Source: Oscillospiraceae bacterium
GTDB taxonomy: Bacteria; Bacillota; Clostridia; Oscillospirales; Ruminococcaceae
NCBI GenBank assembly: GCA_017399785.1
Contig: JAFQAX010000037.1
Span: forward strand, 1-51,394
DNA: 51,394 nucleotides
Reading direction: 5' to 3'
Shown here: one piece after another, positions 39,701-48,030 of the stretch
How the letters are laid out: the number at the start of each line of letters is the position of its first letter
Numbering within the stretch: position 1 is the first letter of the stretch
Translations under genes and position numbers: made by a program
Notes under the pieces: model-generated
Database searches by the model: none
The model's input: the letters and a program-made list of their open reading frames with translations, nothing else
Told to the model about the DNA's origin: nothing

Positions 39701-40441
39701 GCCTTTGAAAAGGCCGGCGCCGACACCGAGATCTTTGTTGTAAAGAACCTCTGCGCAGCCGACATCGAGTGGTCTGCCAAGGAATTTGAGCGCAAGATCG
39801 GCGAAAGCAACATCATCGCTGTTCCCGGCGGCTTCTCGGGCGGCGACGAGCCGGATGGCTCCGGCAAGTTCATCACCGCATTCTTCCGCAATCCCAGAAT
39901 CGGCGAGGCGGTAAACGACCTGCTTAACAACCGCGACGGTCTTATGATAGGCATCTGCAACGGCTTCCAGGCGCTGGTCAAGCTGGGACTTGTTCCCTTC
40001 GGCAGCATCATCGAGCCGGATGCAAACGCACCCACCCTCACCTTTAACCGCATCGGACGTCACCAGTCCAAGCTGGTAGCAACCAGAGTTTGCTCCAACA
40101 AGTCCCCCTGGATGATGTACACCGAGCCCGGCGACATCCACATGATCCCCATCTCCCACGGCGAAGGCCGCTTTGTTGCTCCTCCCGAGCTTATCAAGCA
40201 GCTTGCCGAGAACGGACAGATCACCACCCAGTATGTCGATCTTGAGGGTGCTACCACCATGGACACCATCTATAACCCCAACTTCTCCGATTGCGCAATC
40301 GAGGGTATCACCTCTCCCGACGGCAGAATTCTGGCAAAGATGGGTCACTCCGAGCGTATCGGCGACAACATCCACAAGAACATCCCCGGCGCAAAGGATC
40401 AGAAGCTGTTCCTCGGCGCGGTACATTACTTCACCAAGTGA
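36737..40441 (+). CDS. purL: Phosphoribosylformylglycinamidine synthase, large fused clostridial type
   Basis: YWSDHCRHTTF, KNETHNHPTEIEPFGGAATC, SESQERM, IGGKDSMSG; glutaminase domain GGFSGGD, GICNGFQ, SHGEG, MGHSER. Confidence 0.97.
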   Translation: MAVFRVFIEKKQPYAVEAQGVLSDLRSALSLEGLENVRVLNRYDAEHISAEDFAAARMTVFGEPQVDVAYDEVPATEGRVFAIEYLPGQYDQRADSAAQCIQLQTQKERPLIRCARVYILEGSITDEQFAAVKSYLINPVESMEATLDTFDTLEATYPAPADVVTIEGFTSMTDEQLAAMVNEYGLAMEADDLECCREYFRSEQRDPTFTELKLIDTYWSDHCRHTTFSTILDNVEFESETIKSSYERYLELRVKLGRQDRPVTLMDLATIGAKALKKAGLMPAIDESEEINACSVKIKVDVDGEDQDWLLMFKNETHNHPTEIEPFGGAATCLGGAIRDPLSGRSYVYQAMRVTGAANPLTPISETMEGKLPQRKIVSQAAAGYSSYGNQIGLATGHVNEIYHPGYVAKRMEVGAVIAAAPAENVVRERPAPGDVVVLLGGKTGRDGCGGATGSSKAHSLESLTSCGAEVQKGNAPEERKLQRLFRTPEAAKMIKRCNDFGAGGVSVAIGELADSLDINLDLVPKKYEGLDGTELAISESQERMAVVLDPKNVERFLEIAATENLSGIVVAKVTDTGRMTMNWRGKKIVDLSRDFLNTNGAEKHISAKVAAPEAEAATLEYLPFDKRFEKLLGDLNVCSQKGLIERFDSSIGAATVLSPFGGKYQETPAQAMAAKIPVRHGDTDTASLMAYAFDPFISSRDQYAGAMTAVCESVAKVIAAGGSRKNCWLSFQEYFEKLRREDTRWGKPLAALLGALDAQMALECGAIGGKDSMSGSFEDIDVPPTLISFAVSTAKASKVVSPEFKKAGSVIGLLLPAVDQNGYLDLNSVRTNIDKLESLIADGKINAAWVCSMGGIAEGIFKMALGNRIGAKLTGDYADEFWFQRLGCAIIVEADQLPEGAARIGETVDTFTVTRGDVTVDLASVFDIYADKLASVYPYRLPTPKMEVPTFTAPKATKWASASVKLARPKVLLPIFAGTNCEFDTARAFEKAGADTEIFVVKNLCAADIEWSAKEFERKIGESNIIAVPGGFSGGDEPDGSGKFITAFFRNPRIGEAVNDLLNNRDGLMIGICNGFQALVKLGLVPFGSIIEPDANAPTLTFNRIGRHQSKLVATRVCSNKSPWMMYTEPGDIHMIPISHGEGRFVAPPELIKQLAENGQITTQYVDLEGATTMDTIYNPNFSDCAIEGITSPDGRILAKMGHSERIGDNIHKNIPGAKDQKLFLGAVHYFTK

Positions 40442-40483
40442 TAAGCTTAATTTGACCTTGTCAAAAACAGGAGGATTAATGCT

Positions 40484-40930
40484 ATGAATAATAAAGTAGA
40501 AAAGGCTTTGGAGATCCACGCCGCAAGTTTTAACTGTGCCCAGTCGGTATTTCTGCCATATGCCGCCGATTACGGCGTTGATGAGCAGCTTGCTTTAAAA
40601 ATCGCCACCTGCTTTGGAGCAGGCGCCAAGTGCGGCAACATCTGCGGCGCCGCTTCGGGCGGACTGATGGTGCTGGGACTTAAATACGGTCACATCGACG
40701 CAAATGACCCCGATCAGAAAAAGCGCTCGGGTGAAATCGCAGCCGATTTCCTTGCCCGTTTTAAAGAAGCAAACGGCAGCCTCCTCTGCCGCGAGCTGGT
40801 GGGCGGCGACCTTATGAACGAAGACGTTCGCACCGTTCTCAAGGAAAACGGCACCCTTGCAAGAGTTTGCAACAAGGCGATCCAAACCGCCACCGAAATT
40901 GTCGGTCAGGTTCTCGAAGATTACGAATAA
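40484..40930 (+). CDS. C-GCAxxG-C-C family putative redox-active protein
   Basis: Cys pattern FNCAQSV, ICGAASG, LLCREL, VCNK. Confidence 0.85.
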   Translation: MNNKVEKALEIHAASFNCAQSVFLPYAADYGVDEQLALKIATCFGAGAKCGNICGAASGGLMVLGLKYGHIDANDPDQKKRSGEIAADFLARFKEANGSLLCRELVGGDLMNEDVRTVLKENGTLARVCNKAIQTATEIVGQVLEDYE

Positions 40931-40936
40931 GCGATC

Positions 40937-40967
40937 AAAAGGGCAGCGGAATATTCCGCTGCCCTTT
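40937..40967 (+). terminator. Terminator after the purL transcript
   Basis: Perfect stem AAAGGGCAGCGGAA/TTCCGCTGCCCTTT. Confidence 0.8.
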
Positions 40968-40995
40968 GCTATTAAAAAACAGCAGATTGGTTCAA

Positions 40996-41444
40996 AGCCT
41001 CCCTCTCCACCGCGCTAAGAGCCAACTTCGCCGATTGCGCTCAAGATGCCTCCCTCTCCACCGCGCTAAGAGCCGAGCTTCGCTCGGTTGCGCCTGAGAA
41101 GCCTCCCTCTGACGAGGGAGGTGGCACGGCGTAGTCGTGACTGAGGGAGAGACTAAACCGTCTAACCGAAAAGTTGTTTTCGCCTTAGCGCATTTTCTCT
41201 CCCTCAGTCTGCTTCGCAGACAGCTCCCTCATCAGAGGGAGCCTCCCCATGCCTGAGTTGATCTCCGAAGCCGATGCCGCTCTCTCAACCGCGCTAAGAG
41301 CCAAGCTTCACCGGTTACGCTTTATACGCCCGCCTGCGGGCGGGTGTGGCGAGGGAGGTGGATTTTGCGAAGCAAAATAAGAGAGCTAACGCCCCCTTAA
41401 GTCAGGGGGCGGCGCGGCGGATGCCGCGCGGGAGTTGCGTTTTG
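40996..41444. repeat. Cluster of REP-like palindromic repeats (three family A units, an inverted REP pair, one family C unit)
   Basis: A units at about 40996-41041, 41048-41095 and 41279-41385; inverted pair at 41100-41152 and 41197-41244; C unit at 41388-41444. Confidence 0.88.
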
Positions 41445-41641
41445 AATCGGTTGTCTGCTTTTGCAAATTCCCCGCACCGTTTTACCTCCATGGAAATATT
41501 TTCATGCCGATTTATATGGCAAATATTTTGTAAATTTCAGATGTTTGCTATTTTCACCGACGGCAAAATGTACTATAATAAATAAGAATAGGCAACTATG
41601 ACCTTTTTTGCCTTTATGTCAAAATTCGGGAGGGTAACGCC

Positions 41642-41968
41642 ATGATAAACAGAGTTAAAATAGAGATCCTCGGCGCTTCTTACACCATCGCAACGCCGGA
41701 AAGCGAGGAGTATGTTCTCGAGCTTGCAAACGAGCTTGATTCTCAGATGAAGCTGCTTATCGATACCGATCCCAAGCTGACCCACAATTCCGCGCTGGTG
41801 CTCTGCGCGATGGGCTATGCCGACATGTTTCACAAGAGCGAACAGGCCGCCGATAACATGCGTGCCCAGATAACCGACTATCTTGATGACGCCGCTTCTG
41901 CCCGTGCCGAGCTGGATGCCGTCAAAAAAGAGCTGGAGCAGCTAAAGCGCAGCAACCACCGCAGATAA
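41642..41968 (+). CDS. zapA: Cell division protein ZapA family
   Basis: NRVKIEILGASYTI, ESEEYVLELA, ALVLCAM and a C-terminal coiled coil. Confidence 0.85.
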   Translation: MINRVKIEILGASYTIATPESEEYVLELANELDSQMKLLIDTDPKLTHNSALVLCAMGYADMFHKSEQAADNMRAQITDYLDDAASARAELDAVKKELEQLKRSNHRR

Positions 41969-41998
41969 TTTAAGCTTCTGCAATATATGGAGAAAATT

Positions 41999-42436
41999 AT
42001 GACACTTAAAATAAAGAAGCTGCGCCAATCGGCAAAGACTCCCGTCCGTGCCACCGATGGCGCCGCAGGCTATGACCTTTCGGCCTGCATCGAATCTGAT
42101 TTGCTGCTGCCTGCCGGCGGCTGTCAGCTTATCCCCACCGGGATCGCCATTGCGCTGCCCGAAAATACCGTCGGTCTGGTGTTCGGCCGCAGCGGACTTG
42201 GCATCCGCCACCAGATCGCCCCCGCAAACGCCGTCGGCGTTATCGACAGCGACTATCGCGGCGAGATAGCGGTCGGACTTAAAAACCACTCCGACACCGA
42301 CTACATAATCAAACCGGGCGAGCGCATTGCCCAGCTTGTGATAATGCCGGTGCTCACCCCCCAGCTTGAAGAAACGGACGAGCTTTCCGAAACTGAGCGC
42401 TCCTCGGGCGGATTCGGCTCCACCGGAAAGGAATGA
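41999..42436 (+). CDS. dut: dUTP diphosphatase (trimeric)
   Basis: AAGYDL, RSGLG, GVIDSDYRGEI, GERIAQLV, ERSSGGFGSTG. Confidence 0.97.
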   Translation: MTLKIKKLRQSAKTPVRATDGAAGYDLSACIESDLLLPAGGCQLIPTGIAIALPENTVGLVFGRSGLGIRHQIAPANAVGVIDSDYRGEIAVGLKNHSDTDYIIKPGERIAQLVIMPVLTPQLEETDELSETERSSGGFGSTGKE

Positions 42437-42442
42437 TAGAAA

Positions 42443-42712
42443 ATGAAGCTGCAAAGAACGCTGGTTTTCCTCTTTTTTCTGCTTTCCGGCATAATCGTCG
42501 GCGCGATGCTGGCTTCCGCCTGCTCCGGCATCTCCTTCTTGAGCTGGCTTGCCTACGGCAAAACGATAGGCATCTCGACCGCAAATCCCATGCTGCTTGA
42601 CCTTTCGATGCTGAAAGTCGCCTTTGGATTTGAAGTAGGCATCAACGTCGCGCAGATAATCACCATCACCATCGCGCTGCTGGTCTATAAAAGCGTAGCC
42701 CGCAAGCTGTGA
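42443..42712 (+). CDS. Small membrane protein, DUF4321-like
   Basis: 89-aa hydrophobic ORF with SWLAYG..LDL..FGFEVGINVAQII; usual position upstream of maf. Confidence 0.75.
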   Translation: MKLQRTLVFLFFLLSGIIVGAMLASACSGISFLSWLAYGKTIGISTANPMLLDLSMLKVAFGFEVGINVAQIITITIALLVYKSVARKL

Positions 42713-42731
42713 TTTGGGGAGGATTTACACC

Positions 42732-43292
42732 ATGTCGATAATACTGGCGTCGGCATCGCCCAGAAGACGGGAACTGCTGTCGCTTATCACAACCGATTTT
42801 GAAATAATTGTGTCGGAGGCGGACGAAACGCTGCCCCGATCCATCGCCCCCGAGCAGGCGGTAATGGAACTGGCGACCCGAAAAGCTGCCGCCGTTGCCA
42901 AAAGCCATCCCGATAGGGCGGTCATCGGCTCCGATACCGTTGTCGCCGTCGACGGCGAGATACTCGGCAAGCCGGTTGATGACGCCGACGCCGTAAGGAT
43001 GCTGAAGCTGCTCTCGGGCAGAAAGCATCATGTTTTCACCGGTCTTTGCATCGCTTATCAGGGCAAAAACACCGTCTTTTACGACGGCGCCGCGGTGGAA
43101 TTCGCCGAGATGAGTGAAGCTGAGATAGCCGATTATGTTGCAAGCGGCGAGCCGCGCGACAAAGCGGGGGCATATGCCATTCAGGGCCTTGCCTCCAAAT
43201 TCATCACCTCCATTTCTGGTGACTATTATTCGGTGGTCGGTCTGCCGGTAAGCAGACTTTACAAATCGCTCAAGGATTTAAAGGTACTTTAG
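42732..43292 (+). CDS. maf: Maf nucleoside triphosphate pyrophosphatase
   Basis: IILASASPRRRELL, IGSDTVV, ILGKP, DKAGAYAIQG, VVGLP. Confidence 0.95.
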   Translation: MSIILASASPRRRELLSLITTDFEIIVSEADETLPRSIAPEQAVMELATRKAAAVAKSHPDRAVIGSDTVVAVDGEILGKPVDDADAVRMLKLLSGRKHHVFTGLCIAYQGKNTVFYDGAAVEFAEMSEAEIADYVASGEPRDKAGAYAIQGLASKFITSISGDYYSVVGLPVSRLYKSLKDLKVL

Positions 43293-43344
43293 ACCGCGTT
43301 TCGGTTTATTTATAAAAAGTAATTTTTAAGGGGAGGAACTAAAA

Positions 43345-44367
43345 ATGTTTTCTTTTTCCAAGGATATAGGTATCGACCTCGGTACCGCCAATACTCTGGT
43401 ATTTATGAAGAATAAGGGCATTATTCTTCGCGAGCCGTCGGTCGTTGCTGTTGACACCCGCAAGGATTCGGTTCTCTATGTAGGTCAGGAAGCCAAGGAC
43501 GTAATCGGCAGAACCCCCGGCTCCATCGTTGCAATGCGCCCCCTCAAGGACGGCGTTATCGCTGACTTTGACATCACAGCAAATATGCTGCAGCGCTTTA
43601 TCAAAAAGGTTTGCGGCTCCTCCATGTTCTCCAAGCCCAATATCGTTATCTGCATCCCCTCCGGCGTCACCGACGTAGAGCGCCGCGCAGTTCGTGAAGC
43701 TGCGGTTGCTTCGGGCGGACGCCGTGTTTCGATAATCGAAGAGCCTATGGCAGCGGCTATCGGCGCAGGCCTGCCCGTTGCCGAAGCTACCGGCAGCATG
43801 GTAGTCGACATCGGCGGCGGCACCAGCGAAGTTGCTGTTATCTCGCTTGGCGGCATCGTTACCGCAAAGTCGGTAAGAGTTGGCGGCGACGCATTTGATT
43901 CCGCTATCATCCAGTACATCAAGCGCAAGCACAACCTGCTCATCGGCGAGCGCACCGCCGAGCAGATCAAGATAGAGATCGGCTCCGCCTACACCTATGA
44001 GAATGAGCAGTCGATGGAGATAAAGGGCAGAAACCTTGTTGACGGCCTCCCCAAGAATATCTCCATCACCCCCGCCGAAGTAAGAGAGGCTCTCTCCGAC
44101 TCCATCTCTCAGGTTATCGACGCCATCAAGACCACCCTTGAGCGCACTCCTCCCGAGCTTGCCGCTGACATCATCGACCACGGCATCACCCTTACCGGCG
44201 GCGGCGCAATGCTGCGCGGACTTGATGACCTCATCTCCCACGAGACCGGCATCACCGTTCACATCGCCGACAATCCCCTCGACTGTGTTGCCATCGGCAC
44301 CGGCCGCGTGCTTGAAGACATCGACAAGCTGCGCGACGTTCTTTCCGACGCCGAGGACAGAAAATAA
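43345..44367 (+). CDS. mreB: Rod shape-determining protein MreB
   Basis: [44 protein letters not shown]. Confidence 0.97.
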   Translation: MFSFSKDIGIDLGTANTLVFMKNKGIILREPSVVAVDTRKDSVLYVGQEAKDVIGRTPGSIVAMRPLKDGVIADFDITANMLQRFIKKVCGSSMFSKPNIVICIPSGVTDVERRAVREAAVASGGRRVSIIEEPMAAAIGAGLPVAEATGSMVVDIGGGTSEVAVISLGGIVTAKSVRVGGDAFDSAIIQYIKRKHNLLIGERTAEQIKIEIGSAYTYENEQSMEIKGRNLVDGLPKNISITPAEVREALSDSISQVIDAIKTTLERTPPELAADIIDHGITLTGGGAMLRGLDDLISHETGITVHIADNPLDCVAIGTGRVLEDIDKLRDVLSDAEDRK

Positions 44368-44455
44368 TAACCATCGCAGGGCAAGAGGGCGTCTGACACT
44401 CCCTCTTGCCCTTATGCATTTTTAAGACATTTCACTGCCGTTACGGAGGTGCCGC

Positions 44456-45313
44456 ATGGGCGATTTCTTTAAAAGCGTACAATTTAAGATTCTGGCGCTG
44501 CTTTTGGCGCTGGTTTTTGCCTTTGCCCTTCGTTCGGCGCAAACAGGCACCGCCATCCCCATGATTTCCAAGCTTACCGGTGCGCTGCTTACCCCCGCTC
44601 AATCGGCGGCGACAACCACCGTTAATTCCACCCGCCAGTTCTTCACCGAATATTTCTCGGGGCCGCGCCTTGCCGATGAAAACGAGCAGCTGCGCTCTGA
44701 GCTGGATGCGCTGCGCAATCAGCTGGTGGAATACGACCGCATCAAAGCAGAAAACGAACAGCTTAAAAACTATCTTGACATCAAGGACAAAAATCCCGAT
44801 TTCGATTTCGAACCGGCGATGGTCATCGGCAGAGATGCCTCCGACCGATTCTACTCCTTCACTATTGATAAGGGCAGCCACGACGGCGTTGCTGAAAACG
44901 ACCCTGTTATCACCGAGGCGGGTCTGGTCGGCATCGTTTCAGAGGTCGGCATCAGCCACTCAAAGGTGCTCACCATTCTCGATGCCACCGTAAACGTCGG
45001 TGTAATGGATTCCCGCACCCGCGAGATCGGCGCCGCCAACGGCGAGCTTTCCCTTGCTGAAGAGGGGCTGCTTAAGGTCAACTACCTCCCCCGCGACGGT
45101 CAGGCCCAGCCGGGCGATATCATCGTCACCACCGGCATCGGCGGACTTTATCCCCGCGGTCTGATAGTCGGCACCATAAAAGAGCTGCTTTCCGACAGCC
45201 GAAAGCTTTCGCTTTATGCTGTTACCGAGCCGCCCACCGACATCAGAACAGTTCAAAACGTGCTTATTATAAAATATTTCGACGGTCAGGCTTCTGCCGA
45301 ACAGGGAGAATAA
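44456..45313 (+). CDS. mreC: Rod shape-determining protein MreC
   Basis: N-terminal TM, coiled coil (ENEQLR), IDKGSHDGV, GLVG, TTGIGGLYPRGL. Confidence 0.93.
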   Translation: MGDFFKSVQFKILALLLALVFAFALRSAQTGTAIPMISKLTGALLTPAQSAATTTVNSTRQFFTEYFSGPRLADENEQLRSELDALRNQLVEYDRIKAENEQLKNYLDIKDKNPDFDFEPAMVIGRDASDRFYSFTIDKGSHDGVAENDPVITEAGLVGIVSEVGISHSKVLTILDATVNVGVMDSRTREIGAANGELSLAEEGLLKVNYLPRDGQAQPGDIIVTTGIGGLYPRGLIVGTIKELLSDSRKLSLYAVTEPPTDIRTVQNVLIIKYFDGQASAEQGE

Positions 45314-45315
45314 CT

Positions 45316-45834
45316 TTGGATCAGAAACAAAAGCGGTTATTTATCATCAAAAATATAATATACACGCTGCTCATGCTGTGTTGTTATATCCTGCAGGAGA
45401 CCCCCGGTCTGCTGGAGTTTTTTGGTGTGCGCCCAATGCTGATCATCGCCATGGTGGTCTGCATCGCTATGTTCGAGGGCGAATTTTTCGGCGGCATTTA
45501 CGGTCTCTTCGCCGGGATCTTGTGCGATACCGCCGCTTTTCACTTTTTCGGCATTGCGTCGGTGCTGTTTCTTATACTTGGCTGCGGCTGCGGCTTGCTG
45601 ATAATCTATCTCGTACAGCCAAACCTCAAGACTGCATTTTTACTTACCGCCGCTTTTTCATTTGTTTACGGCATCATCTCTCACTATCTCATATACGGAA
45701 TGTGGGGATATGAGGGCGCTTCGCTGCGGCTGCTTACCAAAACTGTTCCCTGTGCGGTTTACACCGCGTTGGCATCGGTGCTCATCTTTATGCTGTTGAC
45801 GCGCATCCTTCCCCGATTCACCCCCGAGGAATAA
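45316..45834 (+). CDS. mreD: Rod shape-determining protein MreD
   Basis: Polytopic 172-aa protein with GGIYGLFAGILCD, between mreC and the PBP gene. Confidence 0.82.
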   Translation: MDQKQKRLFIIKNIIYTLLMLCCYILQETPGLLEFFGVRPMLIIAMVVCIAMFEGEFFGGIYGLFAGILCDTAAFHFFGIASVLFLILGCGCGLLIIYLVQPNLKTAFLLTAAFSFVYGIISHYLIYGMWGYEGASLRLLTKTVPCAVYTALASVLIFMLLTRILPRFTPEE

Positions 45835-45869
45835 ACCAATACTGAATTTGACTGTAAAGGAGGCGAAAC

Positions 45870-47930
45870 ATGAAGAGCTTTATCGAAAGACTTATCATAA
45901 TGGGGCTTACCGTTACCCTTTGCTTTTTTATCTTTGCGTTTCGCCTTGTAGACATACAGGTCGTTAACGGAAAAAGCTATCTCGAAAAGCAGCAGGCGGG
46001 CAGCAGCCGCACCCAGACGATAAAGGCGCCCCGCGGCGAGATAGTTGACCGCAACGGCCAACCCTTTTCCCGAAACAATGCAAGCTACGACATTGTTTTT
46101 GACCGTGCCCTTGCCCCCGGTGACCGCGAAAACGGAAATATCAAGATGCTCATCGAAATACTGCGTGAATCGGGCGAAAAGTGGAACGACAACCTGCCGC
46201 TTGTCATAAGGGGCGGCAAGGCGGTATTCACCGACGACGAAGCCGCCGTTTCCCGCCTGAGAGATTTTCTTGACACCAACATCTACACCACCGCCGAGGA
46301 CGTTTTCTATTGGCTTTGTGAAAAATATGACCTTCAGGACATGGATGCCGTTACCGCCCGAGATATCGCCGCTGTCCGCTATGAGATGGACCGCAAGGGC
46401 TATACCATGGCGGTAAAATATGTCTTTGCCGAAAACATTTCGCTTGAGACCGCCATCTACATCCGTCAGATAAACAACGAGCTGCCGGGTGTTGACGTCG
46501 CCGAAACAGCGCTTCGCAGCTATGTCGACGGCGATCTTGCTCCCCATATCGTCGGTCGTGTCGGCGCAATTTTTGCCGACGAGCTTGAAAGCTATCTCTC
46601 TCAGGGACGCGGATACTCCCGTGACGATATGGTTGGAAAAGAGGGCATCGAAAAAGCCTATGAATCGGTGCTTCGCGGCACCGACGGAACCCGCCGCATC
46701 GACCTCGATTCCAACTATCGCGTAAAAGGCATCGAGGAAGAGGCTTCCGCCGTTCCGGGTCATACCGTCGTGCTCACCCTTGACAAAAACATTCAGCGCA
46801 CCGCCCAGCAGGCGCTTATCACCGAGATAGAATACCTCAACCGCACCGCCCCCGAAGGCGAAGGCAAAGAAGCCAACGCAGGTGCCGTTGTCGCCATCGA
46901 CATCAAAAACTCCGAAGTGTTGGCGGCGGTCACCTATCCATCCTATGACCTTTCCACCTTCTCCGCCGACTATTCCGAGCTGGCGCAGAACCCACTGCAT
47001 CCTTTTCTCAACCGTGCCTTTTCGGGCGTTTATGCCCCCGGCTCCTGCTTTAAGCCGGTTGTCGCCACCGCCGGCATCGCCGAATCGGTGGTCTCCCCCA
47101 CCAGCCGTGTCAACTGCGAACAGGTCTACACCTTCCTTGAATCTTACCAGCCCACCTGTCTTGGATGGCACGGACCTTTTACGGTAGCTGATGCGCTGCG
47201 TGCTTCCTGCAACATCTATTTCTACGATACCGGACGCCAGCTTGGCATCCGCCGCATAAACGAATACGCTCAGGCGCTGGGACTTGGTGTGCCCACCGGC
47301 ATCGAGCTTTCGGAATCCAAGGGCACCCAGTGCGATCCCGACGATCCCTTCCCCGGCGACGTGCTTCAGGCAGCAATCGGTCAGCTTGATAACGGCTATA
47401 CCCCGCTTCAGCTGGCAAACTACTGCGCCACCATCGCTCGCCGCGGCGTAAGAATGGATCTCTCGCTGGTAAAATCGGTCTCCTCCTATTACGATTGGCG
47501 CAACGCCATCGAAAAGAGCGAGCCCACCGTTGTTTCCACCCTTGATGTTGCTCCCGAGGTTTTTGATCCCGTTTTCGACGGAATGATCCAGGCGGCGCAC
47601 GCCTTTAACGGCACTGCCTACAAGTATATGGGCAACTATCCCTACACCGTTGCCTGCAAGACCGGTACTCCCCAGACGGCACAGTTCCCCAACTCTACCT
47701 TTATCTGCTTTGCCCCCGCTGAAGACCCGCAGATCGCGGTTGCGGTGGTCATCGAAAAGGGTTGGCACGGCTATACCGGTGCCCCTGTTGCCCGCGCGGT
47801 AATGGATTCCTTCTTCTTCCCCGACCAGCCGATGACCGTCATGACCGAGGGCTGGGTAAAGGCGGAACAGGATGCGCTTGCAGCGGCTCAGGCCGCCGCC
47901 GCCGAACAGTTAGCTGCGCAGCTGCCCTGA
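45870..47930 (+). CDS. mrdA: Class B penicillin-binding protein 2 (elongasome transpeptidase)
   Basis: APRGEIVDRNG, GKEGIE, LTLD, SxxK (PGSCFK), SxN (SCN), KTG. Confidence 0.9.
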   Translation: MKSFIERLIIMGLTVTLCFFIFAFRLVDIQVVNGKSYLEKQQAGSSRTQTIKAPRGEIVDRNGQPFSRNNASYDIVFDRALAPGDRENGNIKMLIEILRESGEKWNDNLPLVIRGGKAVFTDDEAAVSRLRDFLDTNIYTTAEDVFYWLCEKYDLQDMDAVTARDIAAVRYEMDRKGYTMAVKYVFAENISLETAIYIRQINNELPGVDVAETALRSYVDGDLAPHIVGRVGAIFADELESYLSQGRGYSRDDMVGKEGIEKAYESVLRGTDGTRRIDLDSNYRVKGIEEEASAVPGHTVVLTLDKNIQRTAQQALITEIEYLNRTAPEGEGKEANAGAVVAIDIKNSEVLAAVTYPSYDLSTFSADYSELAQNPLHPFLNRAFSGVYAPGSCFKPVVATAGIAESVVSPTSRVNCEQVYTFLESYQPTCLGWHGPFTVADALRASCNIYFYDTGRQLGIRRINEYAQALGLGVPTGIELSESKGTQCDPDDPFPGDVLQAAIGQLDNGYTPLQLANYCATIARRGVRMDLSLVKSVSSYYDWRNAIEKSEPTVVSTLDVAPEVFDPVFDGMIQAAHAFNGTAYKYMGNYPYTVACKTGTPQTAQFPNSTFICFAPAEDPQIAVAVVIEKGWHGYTGAPVARAVMDSFFFPDQPMTVMTEGWVKAEQDALAAAQAAAAEQLAAQLP

Positions 47931-48030
47931 TTTCAAGCAAAAATTTCGTAATTTAATATGCAAAAGTTATATAAAAACAGTAGCTTTAACACAAAATTTA
48001 TGTTAAAATTTTAAGATAGGGGTGATATCG

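Noticed and set aside
36674-40519. 1281-aa antisense ORF over purL (similarly 34-1689, 17011-18672, 19275-20840, 26172-27896, 29760-31490, 45759-47768, 49261-51297)
   Set aside because: Shadow ORFs produced by the codon bias of the real genes. They mirror the sense gene boundaries and show no recognisable motifs.
40484-40930. Selenoprotein form of the C-GCAxxG-C-C protein
   Set aside because: All motif positions are Cys codons and there is no in-frame TGA.
40996-41152. Tandem ~50-nt units as a possible CRISPR array
   Set aside because: Units abut with only ~5-6 nt between them, there are no unique spacers of constant length and no cas genes, and the same unit is dispersed elsewhere.
41279-41385. 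Multi-hairpin repeat as a tRNA or tRNA remnant
   Set aside because: No TTCGA T-loop in the correct context, no D-arm/anticodon geometry and no CCA end.
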